From Candidatus Poribacteria bacterium (lineage in GTDB: Bacteria; Poribacteria; WGA-4E; WGA-3G): a DNA stretch of 64,000 nt. A program made the translations under genes and the position numbers. Numbering within the stretch: position 1 is the first letter of the stretch; the number at the start of each line of letters is the position of its first letter. Shown piece by piece: positions 28,361-38,623 of the stretch. Where the stretch lies: assembly GCA_965214095.1 (NCBI GenBank), contig OZ243938.1:2496001-2560000 (forward strand), read 5' to 3'. The notes under the pieces are model-generated. The model did not search any database. It worked only from the letters and a program-made list of their open reading frames with translations, and was not told the origin of the DNA.

Positions 28361-31300
28361 ATGAGGTGGTTTATTTTGATTCGATTGCTAAAATTTGTTC
28401 ACATTTTATCATTGATTTTCTGCATTAATATTGTTGAATACGCTGCAGCATTTGAACAGATGAAAAGTTACACTGTGGCAGATGGGTTGGTAGGTCCTAT
28501 AGTACCTATTATTTATCAAGATAGTCGCGGTGTGCTTTGGTTTGGTTCAGATAGAGGAGGTGTCAGCAAATATGACGGAAGTAGTTTTGTGCCATATACT
28601 GAGATTGTTCATAATGAGCAAACTGAGGAGTTCCACGGCAGAACCAAAACTATTGTTGAGGATAAGTGGGGGTATATTTGGTGTTTGAGTCAACATCCTG
28701 CTGAAGGTAGCGGTGTTGTGAGTCGGTACAATGGAAAAACTTTTGAATATATCACAGATGGAAATTGTCTGACAGTAGATAATAGTGGAGATATTTGGGT
28801 TGGTAAAGACAATGCATTTACACGTTATAAATCACTAAGCATTCAAGACCTGCCACAAGCCTTTCCACAGACTATTACCGGTGTTTCCGTTGCCATAATA
28901 AATGTTATTTTTCAAAGTAAAGATGACACATACTGGATAGGTGGCCACGATGCAAATGGGGCACTTATTATGAAGTTCCAAACTGATGTGAGTATGTGGC
29001 AAATTAAGAACTTGGAACGGATGGAAAATATCCCAAGTGTGCCAAAAGATCGCGAAGTACAGGTAATTATGCAAGACCGGAATGATCTGCTTTGGTTTGG
29101 GGGACAATCACTACTATTTAGTTATGATGGAAATGAATTCAAGGACATACTTAGGACATCTACAGAAACACAGAATAGAAGTGTAAAGTTACAAACTGCT
29201 AATGACCGGAATGTAACGGTAAAGAGCGATGTATATGGAAGAATATGGTTTAGTGATAACCGACAGGTGAGTTGGTGGAATGGTAATACACTAAATCGCT
29301 TTAGAAGAATTACGCCAGATTCAAACCAATATATCAACATGCAAGGTTCCTTTGAAATTGAAGATGCTTGGAACAATCTATGGTTTGCAACTGAAATGGG
29401 AGCTCATGCATACAATACGAAGTATTTTGAAAATGAAATCAACAATCTTTTTCAATTGGATGAATCACAAACTGTTTCCACAGAACTACAACAGAAAGTA
29501 TACGGCGTTGACCATGGACTTGGTAGTGACAATATATTCACAATCTATGAATCTTTGGACGGTAAAATCTGGTTCGGTCATGACAACGGTGTGACGACTT
29601 TTGAACAGAAACCGGTCATTGTAAACCACACCACCCGAACAATACTAGGCAGCAATAGTGTCAGATTGTTGGAATCAGATAGCACTGGAACCCTATGGCT
29701 AAGCATTCCTGGCGGCGTAGCACAGTATCTTGAAAATGATGAGTTACTCACACAACACAATCTAACAAACTTTGCTTATAAAACCGAGTCATTCAGTATT
29801 GAGATTAGATTTGATAACAATCCGAATTTAAGTAGACGCGCAGAAATATCACACATTTTTGAAGCAGACGGTTATATCTGGTTTCTTGATAAACCTATTC
29901 TGCTACAAGATCCATTTACCGTTTACAGAATCTTCCGTTATAAAGATAAGAAATTTGAAAGGCATTCACTTCTTATACAGGCTGATATCGGTCCAGGTGG
30001 GGAAAAAATTTACATTAATTCAGAACCAATTGTTACTTCAAGAAAAGACCCCTGGATTGTATTAGGTGGATGGGTTTTCCTTCCGAGAAGAGACGGGCTG
30101 CACCGTCTTTTATCAGATGGGAAAATACGAAGAACATCATTTAATTCAACAGAATCATTAACCTCACCACCTGCAGCAGTAACTGCCCTCCACACTGACA
30201 AACAAGGTAGATTATGGTGTTATTATGACAATAGAGATGTTAAACGATTCTCAAATATAAGGATTAATGCAAATTACGTGGGAGGCAATATCCATACCGA
30301 AGTACTGCAACTCAAATCTGTAATTCCTGCTATAGGGAATTCTACAGAAAATGTAGTTCAATGGTTCTACAATATTGAGAGTGGACAGTTAATGTATTGG
30401 CAGAATCCTGACATCATAAATACATTGACTGAACTTCCCGGAGCAGCAAGTGGGGCACCGCTTCTGACTATTCACAACACTCCTTCTTCTCAAGACGAAT
30501 CAGAATCAGCCACTTTAGTTTTTCACGATAGTATTAAAACATATCAAGGGACAGAATTGAGAAACGCTGTTACTGTGGCAATTGAAAAGGTAAACGGTTC
30601 AATCACATCCTCTGATGGTGATCTTTGGTTAGCAACATCACAAGGAGCAATTCGGTATAATGGACAGGAAGCCATAACATATACAACAACAACTGACCAT
30701 TTCCTTGTAGATGACTTACGTGATGTGCATGAAGACCGGTGGGGTAATATATGGTTTGCTACATGGGGTGGTGGCGTTGTCAGATATGATGGCAGTTCAT
30801 TCCAATCTGTTACCACCAAGGACGGTCTCATTCACAATAATGTGTCAAGTATCCATGCGGCAAACGAAAAGGAATTGTGGTTTGGTACTGAAGGCGGTGC
30901 AACGCAGTATCGGGCAAATCTTGGGGCATTACCGTTTTGTCGTATCGTTTCTGTTGACGCAGGTAAGTCATTCACCGAACCGTTTAGTTTAGAAGCAGGC
31001 AATCAGAAAATTACTGAAATTACAGAACTGCTTCCAGCACGCCTTAAAAACATGACTATTCACTTTCAAGGTGTTAACCCGCTTAGAGATGAAATGGAAT
31101 ATAGATTTAGGTTAATTGGGCTTGATGACATTGCATGGACGCGCATTTCGTCTGATACGGAGCAATCTGTTAGTGAAACAACTTTAGGTAACGAAGTAAA
31201 GCAATTCTATCAACCACAACAAGTAGGGGAAGATGGGAGTTTGCCACATATCCGTTATGAAGGCCTAAAATCAGGGAATTATACCTTTTTGATAAAGGCG

Positions 31301-32245
31301 TTTCGTAAAGGGTGGCCCTATACACAACAACCAGCGGTCCTAAATTTTACCATTGACCAACCAATTTGGTCTCGCTGGCGTAATTATCTACCAACTTTGA
31401 TTTTTGTGGCAGCAGTTGGTTCATTGCTCTTTAGATTGATTGTTAATAGAAGACATACCGCTCAGTTACGCCTTGAAATGCGGGAAAAAGAAGAGGCGGA
31501 AGTTCAACGGATACGCGCGGAGTTGAATGAAGCACAAAATATACAAATGGCTCTCCTACCAATAGAAGCACCGGATACAAGTGATTTTGATATTTCTGGC
31601 AGATCTATTCCAGCAACACAAGTCGGAGGAGATTTTTTCGACTATGTGACGGTGGCAAACGGACAAACTGCAATCGCTGTCGCTGATGCCGCTGGAAAAG
31701 GTATACGTGGCGCAATGAATGCTGTGTTGACAAACGGCATGTTACACGAAGTCGCACGCTATAAATCTGAGGCTGATGTCATATTGACCGATCTCAATGC
31801 TGGCTTGTCACCACGTATGTATGGTCCCAGTTTTATCGCACTCAACCTAGCAGTCCTAGATGAATCCGGGAAAAGCGTTGATTATGCAAACGGTGGACAA
31901 CCTTATCCTATTCTCAAAAGAGGAGATCAAATCATTGAAATTGAAATTGCCGATCTTCCTCTGGGAAGTAGGAAAAACGTCGAATATGAATCTACTACAT
32001 TTGACTTAAATGAGGGTGAATTTTTGGTCTTCCATTCCGATGGTTTGATTGAAGCACTCAACGCACAACAAGATATGTACGGAACAGAAAGACTAAACGA
32101 TCTGATCGCAAATATCCCAAGCGAAAGTAGTGCTGAAGAAATGATACAGCATATATTTGATGATGTGCAGGAATTTGTTCAGGAAGCAGAACAATATGAT
32201 GATATGACGCTTGTAGTTCTCAAGCGGATATCGGTGCCTGAATAA
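28361..32245 (+). CDS. Membrane sensor: two-component-type beta-propeller + Y_Y_Y-like + SpoIIE/PP2C phosphatase
   Basis: DGL / D..G.IWF repeats, LKSGNYTFLIKA, one TM helix, VGGDFFD, ADAAGKG, SDGLIEA, QYDDMT. Confidence 0.88.
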   Translation: MRWFILIRLLKFVHILSLIFCINIVEYAAAFEQMKSYTVADGLVGPIVPIIYQDSRGVLWFGSDRGGVSKYDGSSFVPYTEIVHNEQTEEFHGRTKTIVEDKWGYIWCLSQHPAEGSGVVSRYNGKTFEYITDGNCLTVDNSGDIWVGKDNAFTRYKSLSIQDLPQAFPQTITGVSVAIINVIFQSKDDTYWIGGHDANGALIMKFQTDVSMWQIKNLERMENIPSVPKDREVQVIMQDRNDLLWFGGQSLLFSYDGNEFKDILRTSTETQNRSVKLQTANDRNVTVKSDVYGRIWFSDNRQVSWWNGNTLNRFRRITPDSNQYINMQGSFEIEDAWNNLWFATEMGAHAYNTKYFENEINNLFQLDESQTVSTELQQKVYGVDHGLGSDNIFTIYESLDGKIWFGHDNGVTTFEQKPVIVNHTTRTILGSNSVRLLESDSTGTLWLSIPGGVAQYLENDELLTQHNLTNFAYKTESFSIEIRFDNNPNLSRRAEISHIFEADGYIWFLDKPILLQDPFTVYRIFRYKDKKFERHSLLIQADIGPGGEKIYINSEPIVTSRKDPWIVLGGWVFLPRRDGLHRLLSDGKIRRTSFNSTESLTSPPAAVTALHTDKQGRLWCYYDNRDVKRFSNIRINANYVGGNIHTEVLQLKSVIPAIGNSTENVVQWFYNIESGQLMYWQNPDIINTLTELPGAASGAPLLTIHNTPSSQDESESATLVFHDSIKTYQGTELRNAVTVAIEKVNGSITSSDGDLWLATSQGAIRYNGQEAITYTTTTDHFLVDDLRDVHEDRWGNIWFATWGGGVVRYDGSSFQSVTTKDGLIHNNVSSIHAANEKELWFGTEGGATQYRANLGALPFCRIVSVDAGKSFTEPFSLEAGNQKITEITELLPARLKNMTIHFQGVNPLRDEMEYRFRLIGLDDIAWTRISSDTEQSVSETTLGNEVKQFYQPQQVGEDGSLPHIRYEGLKSGNYTFLIKAFRKGWPYTQQPAVLNFTIDQPIWSRWRNYLPTLIFVAAVGSLLFRLIVNRRHTAQLRLEMREKEEAEVQRIRAELNEAQNIQMALLPIEAPDTSDFDISGRSIPATQVGGDFFDYVTVANGQTAIAVADAAGKGIRGAMNAVLTNGMLHEVARYKSEADVILTDLNAGLSPRMYGPSFIALNLAVLDESGKSVDYANGGQPYPILKRGDQIIEIEIADLPLGSRKNVEYESTTFDLNEGEFLVFHSDGLIEALNAQQDMYGTERLNDLIANIPSESSAEEMIQHIFDDVQEFVQEAEQYDDMTLVVLKRISVPE

Positions 32246-32265
32246 TTGGATTAGATCATCAACAA

Positions 32266-34182
32266 CTATGCATTTCTAAAATCTATCACTGTTTGCCGAT
32301 ATTCTTCTGGCAAACCAATATCAAACCGTCGTCCTTTCACAACATACCCAGAAAAACCATCTGCCTTTCGCAAATCGTCCAAACAAGATGTGAGTTGAAA
32401 TTCGCCACGTTCACGAAAGTTGTGTTCAATATTCTGTTCAAGGAAACCAAATACCTGCGGTTCAATCACATAAATTCCAAATACTGTGAGGAAACTATCA
32501 TCATCCATACCATCTACATGTAAATGTTCCCTTGCGTATTCAGGATCAGGTTTTTCATAAAACTCAGTTACCGATAGCATTGATTCTTCACTCCATATTC
32601 CTGTGACACACCCAAAGTTAGACAGTTCATCTATCGGTGTCTCCTTCAACCCGACAACACTATGTCCTACCCGTTCGTAAGCATCTAAGACCTGTTTTGC
32701 ACAGGAATATGCTTCATCGGAGGCGTACAGATGATCCCCTAACATCAATAGGAACGGTTCCCCGTTGACCCAATCTTTAGCACAGTAGACAGCGTGTCCG
32801 AACCCTTCCTGAACATCTTGTGTAACAAACGATATACGACTACCCAATTCTATTAGATAGTCACAGTATGCTTTATTTTCCTTGCTCAGTTTGTTATAGT
32901 GTTCAATACGCGGTGGCGTTTTGAAATAGGATTCAAATAGATCAATATCTCTACTTTGAACAATAAGACATACTTCCTCAATACCCGCATTGACTGCTTC
33001 TTCAACGATTGCCATAATGGCTGGCTTCGCACGACCCGTCCGGTCTATAACCGGAAATAGTTCCTTTTTCATTGCTTTTGAAGCAGGGAAAAGGCGGGTG
33101 CCAAATCCAGCTGCTGGGATAACCGCCTTACGCACATGCTTACTTGCTTCAACGACTAATTTCAGACAGGACATCTGCAGATCACGTTCTATAATCTCAA
33201 TTACTTTCCGCTGACACTCTTCATCTTTTACGATAAATTGTGCAGTGCCATCACCTTGAGAACCGACCCCTTTGCCACCCCAGATATAAGGTTGTATCGG
33301 TTCATAGTTGAGCACTTTATGAAGAACGGGAGCTGTCAATTGCGAAGGACAAGCAGGAATCAAGTGTTCATCAAACTCATGCTGTGCGCGTGTCATTAAC
33401 TTGCCAACAGTCTCTGCATTCCCAGTTCTAAGTGCTTCATAGGCAGATTGTGTGATCTCTTTACTCAATGGACCGAGAAAGTGCTGCACTTTATTCTGTA
33501 AGTCATTTTCAGCAAAAGGGTAACAGTGATTCAACTGATTAAGTATCAGCCGCGTATCTTTTCCAACACCCAAGTCAACAATGACCATGTATAGATTTGA
33601 TGGCACACTGAATTCTCTGACATTAATGTTATCCCCATCAAAAACCATGAGGATAGGATGTTGATAAGCACATCCTTGGTCCATCCTACCACAACGCGAA
33701 GGTGTCTTGATCTCACCTTGATAAGCACATTCCATTTCCCCGCGTGTTGTCATCTTTAAATCGTATATCCGATTAAATGCCCGTGCAACTAACACGCAGA
33801 TTGCTGCACTAGAGGATAGTCCTTTTTTCACAGGCAAATCTGTCAGATAGTTATCTATTTCTAATCCTTGGACGCGATAATTTGTCAGAATTTGGTATGC
33901 GACACCTGCAGCATAACTGAAAAAACTGCCTTTTTCAGCTTCTTCAAGTAAAGCAGCGGGTTCCATCGGTAATGTAAAAGGACCGTGACGTGTCCCATCG
34001 CTCAGACTGGTTTTCAAAATAAGACTTGTTGGATGAGGTTGCACTTCGGCATAGACCCCTTGATTTGTGCTTGTGATGAGGGTATACCCTTTTTCAAGTT
34101 CAGCATTCGTTCGCCTATGCCCACCAGCCCAATCACTGTGTTCTCCGAAGAGGCATATCCGTCCTGGAACAAAAAGTTTCAT
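32266..34182 (-). CDS. Bifunctional GHMP sugar kinase / GalU-type nucleotidyltransferase
   Basis: N-terminal PGRICLFGEHSD and PVKKGLSSSAA. C-terminal KAVIPAAGFGTR...KELFPV, GFGHAV, GEFQLT. Confidence 0.88.
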   Translation of the reverse strand: MKLFVPGRICLFGEHSDWAGGHRRTNAELEKGYTLITSTNQGVYAEVQPHPTSLILKTSLSDGTRHGPFTLPMEPAALLEEAEKGSFFSYAAGVAYQILTNYRVQGLEIDNYLTDLPVKKGLSSSAAICVLVARAFNRIYDLKMTTRGEMECAYQGEIKTPSRCGRMDQGCAYQHPILMVFDGDNINVREFSVPSNLYMVIVDLGVGKDTRLILNQLNHCYPFAENDLQNKVQHFLGPLSKEITQSAYEALRTGNAETVGKLMTRAQHEFDEHLIPACPSQLTAPVLHKVLNYEPIQPYIWGGKGVGSQGDGTAQFIVKDEECQRKVIEIIERDLQMSCLKLVVEASKHVRKAVIPAAGFGTRLFPASKAMKKELFPVIDRTGRAKPAIMAIVEEAVNAGIEEVCLIVQSRDIDLFESYFKTPPRIEHYNKLSKENKAYCDYLIELGSRISFVTQDVQEGFGHAVYCAKDWVNGEPFLLMLGDHLYASDEAYSCAKQVLDAYERVGHSVVGLKETPIDELSNFGCVTGIWSEESMLSVTEFYEKPDPEYAREHLHVDGMDDDSFLTVFGIYVIEPQVFGFLEQNIEHNFRERGEFQLTSCLDDLRKADGFSGYVVKGRRFDIGLPEEYRQTVIDFRNA

Positions 34183-34312
34183 TATGCGTCCTTATTGATT
34201 TTATTTGAGATAATGTTCAAATCTTCTTATGTATATTATATTATGAATATCTGCTATGGTCAAGATGACTTTAAATCTAATTCCTAAGAAAATGATACAT
34301 ATATGACAACAA

Positions 34313-36643
34313 CTAAGGCTTCTGCTTTCTTGTCCACTGACACCGATTTACCCAAACTTGTGCTTCATGCACATCTCCCAATGAGAGTGACTTATCTGCA
34401 GCAATATCAGAATATATCCTCTCTGCAATGGCATAATCCTTCCTACGATAGGCGTTCATCCCTAACAACTGAAGCGATTCTATACGGATTAAATTGGGAA
34501 TCTTACTTTGTCCCTTACCGCCACCCAAGTCTAATGCATGATGTAAATATTGTGTGCTCAGTTCCCATTCCTTTTCCTGATGAAGTAGTTCTCCCGCCAA
34601 ATAATTGGTTAACCAACTATTCGGTTCAGAACGAATTATTCGCAACAGTAACACCATTTTTGTTCCACTATAAGTGCGACTAAGACTGTTGTTACGGATA
34701 AGCACCCTACTCAACCGATTTCTGGATTCTGCAGAAAAACTATCCGAGAGTGCTGCAATCCGTTTTAATATGCTCTTTTCTGTTGATTCGCGTATAGTAA
34801 ACGTAGAAGCTTGATTATAGGTCATCAATGCATCTTCAATATCCCCTTGAAGCCAATAGATGTCTCCAAGCAACTGTGCTGCTTCTGCTCTAAATTGCGA
34901 ATTCTTATCCAATATGATGCGCTTTGCTATTGAAATTGTAGATTGATAATTGCCTGTGTGAAAGGTGCTATACATTAATCCACGTGTGTTTCTTGCATTT
35001 TCAGGTTCATAAGACAACAATTTTTGGAATGATTCTATAGCGGATACGTAATCTTGACGATAATATGCACTCCAAGCATCATTTCGCAATGATGCCATTT
35101 CATGCGCACACACCTGTTCAAATATGCCACCACGTCTTAGTCGTTGTGTAGCGTAGTTTAGTTCATCTTCTTCCAGCGAAACTTCATTTCTTAAATATAA
35201 ACGCCATTCTCCCTCTAAGTCATGTTGATCCTTTCCATAAGTTTTTGACAAATTTCCAGTTGGAAATGCCTTTTTACACTTTTCAATTCCGTATCTATCA
35301 ATCAGGTAGCGTACAAATGATCCTGCCATCAAGTAACTTCGCGATCCAGCATGTTTCCAAAAACCGAGACTCATGACACTCGAAAGTTGCGGCGCGACAT
35401 TTAATTCTTGCATTGCCTTTGCCCACTGATGAACGGTTAATTTATCTTCTTCCCAATCCGCAGCGACAGCAACCCCTTCATGCATTCCAACATTCAGACT
35501 AACTTTCCAAGGTGACCAGTCCGCAGTTAGCACATGTGCAAGTTCATGTTTTAGGACTGGATGTGGGAAACCGAGAGAATGAACGTGAAAACCGTAGCCG
35601 AAAGGATCCTCAACGAATGTATTTCCAGCACCAATCAGTTGTTTTTTCTGTTCAGGTGAAACATATAAATAGACACGAACCTTACGCGAATTTTCTGTCT
35701 GTAAATACTCTGACAGTTGTGCATAACGGAATTCACAATCGTCTGCAAATAAGTCAATCTCGTTTTCAAGTTCTCTACTATAGAAGAGTTCAAAGTGTTC
35801 CGTTTCCCTATAACCCCCTAAAGATTCAGCAATGTCATGACGTGACGGACGAATCCCTATCATTCCAGAATAGAGTTCAATTCCCACTATTGCCAATACC
35901 ATCAAAGACAATGTAGCGACACGCAAAAGGGAGAACTGTGAAGACTTTATGAGTCTCCGCCATCTCAGTTTAGGAAGCAGAGCTGTTGTTCTGTTTACTT
36001 CACACGTAAAAACTGAAATAGTTAAAAAGACTAACCCCCATAATATTGTTTCTGCTCGCGAAATCAGTAAGGTAGAGGTGATTGAGATGACGAAATCATA
36101 AATCGGACCAGGAAAATAACCGAGTATTGGGTGAAAAGCAAATACAGGAGGATGAAAGATAAGGTTTGTGATTGTAGGAACACACGACACAATGAGAAAA
36201 GTCAGGTATGCTAAATAAGCAAGCCAACGTCTTTGTATCCATAGATTAAAAAATATACCTGCAGCAGTTACTGTAAAACAACTTATTATTGGTAATATAA
36301 GGTAAAGGAGAAAGCCTTCTATGATATTGCAATTTTTGATGCGTATAGCATTTGCAAGAATAATAATTAGTGGAATTAATAGTAATATGGCGTTTGATTT
36401 AAGTGCCCGATAGAGACATCTCAGAATTATGCTGTGTGATGATCCAGCAAGTTCGTCAGGATCCTTTTTCATCACCTGTAATTCTGTCATCGCTACATGC
36501 GCACCAGCAAATGCTATGAAAAGTGTGATGACTGCACAAAACTCAAAAGCGAGAAGATTAAACAGCGGTACTGTAGCAAGCACCAATGTCAAAACACTGA
36601 TAGATAGTATCCATAACCAATATGAAAATGTTCTATTTATCAT
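34313..36643 (-). CDS. Multi-TM protein with HEXXH (peptidase MA) domain and TPR repeats
   Basis: About 7 N-terminal TM segments, HELAH followed by EGVA, SY..AGSFVRYL, TPR-like helices. Confidence 0.75.
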   Translation of the reverse strand: MINRTFSYWLWILSISVLTLVLATVPLFNLLAFEFCAVITLFIAFAGAHVAMTELQVMKKDPDELAGSSHSIILRCLYRALKSNAILLLIPLIIILANAIRIKNCNIIEGFLLYLILPIISCFTVTAAGIFFNLWIQRRWLAYLAYLTFLIVSCVPTITNLIFHPPVFAFHPILGYFPGPIYDFVISITSTLLISRAETILWGLVFLTISVFTCEVNRTTALLPKLRWRRLIKSSQFSLLRVATLSLMVLAIVGIELYSGMIGIRPSRHDIAESLGGYRETEHFELFYSRELENEIDLFADDCEFRYAQLSEYLQTENSRKVRVYLYVSPEQKKQLIGAGNTFVEDPFGYGFHVHSLGFPHPVLKHELAHVLTADWSPWKVSLNVGMHEGVAVAADWEEDKLTVHQWAKAMQELNVAPQLSSVMSLGFWKHAGSRSYLMAGSFVRYLIDRYGIEKCKKAFPTGNLSKTYGKDQHDLEGEWRLYLRNEVSLEEDELNYATQRLRRGGIFEQVCAHEMASLRNDAWSAYYRQDYVSAIESFQKLLSYEPENARNTRGLMYSTFHTGNYQSTISIAKRIILDKNSQFRAEAAQLLGDIYWLQGDIEDALMTYNQASTFTIRESTEKSILKRIAALSDSFSAESRNRLSRVLIRNNSLSRTYSGTKMVLLLRIIRSEPNSWLTNYLAGELLHQEKEWELSTQYLHHALDLGGGKGQSKIPNLIRIESLQLLGMNAYRRKDYAIAERIYSDIAADKSLSLGDVHEAQVWVNRCQWTRKQKP

Positions 36644-36811
36644 AGGGATTTTGGGGCGTTATTGTTGCATTGCTTTAAGGACTGTGTATATTCTCATATT
36701 GATGATTACAACTGATTAAATCAACTTATATTGGAATTAACCATTCTATATGAATCACTATGTATCTGTCAATTGAAATTCAAAGCAGATTTCAAGATTC
36801 CAACTTTTATC

Positions 36812-36840
36812 TTGACTTTAAATAAAATATTTGATACTAT
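36812..36840 (+). promoter_or_regulatory. sigma70 promoter for the TCA cluster
   Basis: TTGACT-N17-TACTAT with extended TG. Confidence 0.65.
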
Positions 36841-36995
36841 ATTTTAAGACGTAAAACAATCAGTCAGTAAACTTTCATAACCAATGGAATCTGAATGCCT
36901 TACCGTTACAGCGCAACCCAAGATAAACATGCAGGCTGCGTTATAGGGTAGTTATGTGTTTTTGGACTAATCAGATTCTGTACGAAGGAGATTTC

Positions 36996-38555
36996 ATGTT
37001 GAATAAGAATATGGAGGCGAAACAGGAATCGGTGATTAGAAAAATCCTTTCTGAAGTTCCCGCAGCCTCTACGTACTCCCCTGTAAATGAGGCAATAGAG
37101 AAGGCAACAGATTTGGGGGAGAACACAATAGCGGCAGCACTCAATGGTTTCAGTTCTATGCCACAATCTACAAATGTTTTCGCGAACCCCGTTTTACACA
37201 AGGCTGCCGTAGACTGTAAGGACGCACAGATAACACTGAATATCAGAAGTTTCGCAATTCGCGGGGTCGTTTCAGAGAGTGAGATTATTGAAAACAAACT
37301 TAGTCCTGCGTCCGTTATTTTTGTAGGTCTTTTTGGTAGAAAACCTGAAAAAGACGCTAAAGGTATAGATGAAGAGAATGTTTTTTCAGAACTAATCAAT
37401 AGTAATTTCTATAAGTTTACTGAACTTGAGAGAGAAGGACTAACAGGTAAACAAAGTCTCATCACTCAGGTCGCAGAGTTCGTAAAATCCTTCCCAGATG
37501 CCGGTCCAGAAGCAGCTATCCAACATTTCTCAACACTACGTAAATTAAGTGAACCGAATCAGCAAGGAATTAAAGGAACAAGAGATCCAGCGGATCTGTT
37601 GTTAGAACTCATTGATACACACATGGAAAACGTTGCTGTAGGGACAGTATCTGTTTTCATGCGTCACCAGTTGAGAGAAAGCAATGCACTGCACCCACAA
37701 GTGCTGGCAATGCGTGCAAATGACCTTATTTCTAAACATCAAGAAAGTGGTAAGACCGCCTTCGAAACATGTTATAGTCTCCTTTTAGGTAGAGAAGCAA
37801 GTGCTGTTGAAGCAAATATCTTAGAACGGATGGGAATCATACAAACACACCACGGTTCTGCTGGTTCAAACGTTGTTGCCCGTTATCTTGCATCTTTGTA
37901 TGCTGGTGCCGTTTCCGATTTCTTTGTTGCATCGCAGATGGCTTTAGATGGAGACCGTCATTTTGGTGCTATTCATGATATGACAGCATTTATCAATGAA
38001 ATTGAACCGCTTGATACTGATGCAAGAGAAACAGCAATTCGTGAACGGATGCGGAGTGCACTTCCAACATTTGGACATCCTATGATCGCTGCTGCTGGTA
38101 GATCCGATGAAATTCAGCAAGACCCAAGACCCGCAATCTATTTCAACCCATTCATTGATGCAGTTGAAAAGGGAGAGATTCAACTGAGTGATAGACAGAA
38201 AAAACGTTTAGCAATTATGCAACGTTTATATCAGATCGCTTTTGTTGAAGGCGTTGTACGTACTGGTCGTGAAGACGAACCCCCACTCCGTCTAACTCCT
38301 AACACTGACTTCGGGGGATGGGCAGTTCAAGAAGGTCTGGACATCTATGAAAGCGATAGGACATTCCTTACATACATCTTCCGCGGATTTGGTTGGATTA
38401 TGGATGCACGGGAACAACTCCAATTGAAAATTATCCGTCCAGTCATTCCACCAGACCCAGAGATTGTTCCCAAACCCTCCGATGATACGACAATCGCAAA
38501 TGAAGTTGTTGCATTACACAATCGGATGGCAGGTGCTGAGATTTTTGACCAATAA
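36996..38555 (+). CDS. Divergent citrate-synthase-superfamily protein
   Basis: HHGSAGS, GDRHFGA, PTFGHP, DPR, PNTDF, FRGFGW. Directly upstream of icd. RBS AAGGAG before ATG 36996. Confidence 0.75.
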   Translation: MLNKNMEAKQESVIRKILSEVPAASTYSPVNEAIEKATDLGENTIAAALNGFSSMPQSTNVFANPVLHKAAVDCKDAQITLNIRSFAIRGVVSESEIIENKLSPASVIFVGLFGRKPEKDAKGIDEENVFSELINSNFYKFTELEREGLTGKQSLITQVAEFVKSFPDAGPEAAIQHFSTLRKLSEPNQQGIKGTRDPADLLLELIDTHMENVAVGTVSVFMRHQLRESNALHPQVLAMRANDLISKHQESGKTAFETCYSLLLGREASAVEANILERMGIIQTHHGSAGSNVVARYLASLYAGAVSDFFVASQMALDGDRHFGAIHDMTAFINEIEPLDTDARETAIRERMRSALPTFGHPMIAAAGRSDEIQQDPRPAIYFNPFIDAVEKGEIQLSDRQKKRLAIMQRLYQIAFVEGVVRTGREDEPPLRLTPNTDFGGWAVQEGLDIYESDRTFLTYIFRGFGWIMDAREQLQLKIIRPVIPPDPEIVPKPSDDTTIANEVVALHNRMAGAEIFDQ

Positions 38556-38623
38556 AGATTTTCTCCTTCATTATTCCCTATAACACCTTATAGATACTCC
38601 GTGTGAATCAGAGAGGAATCAAA

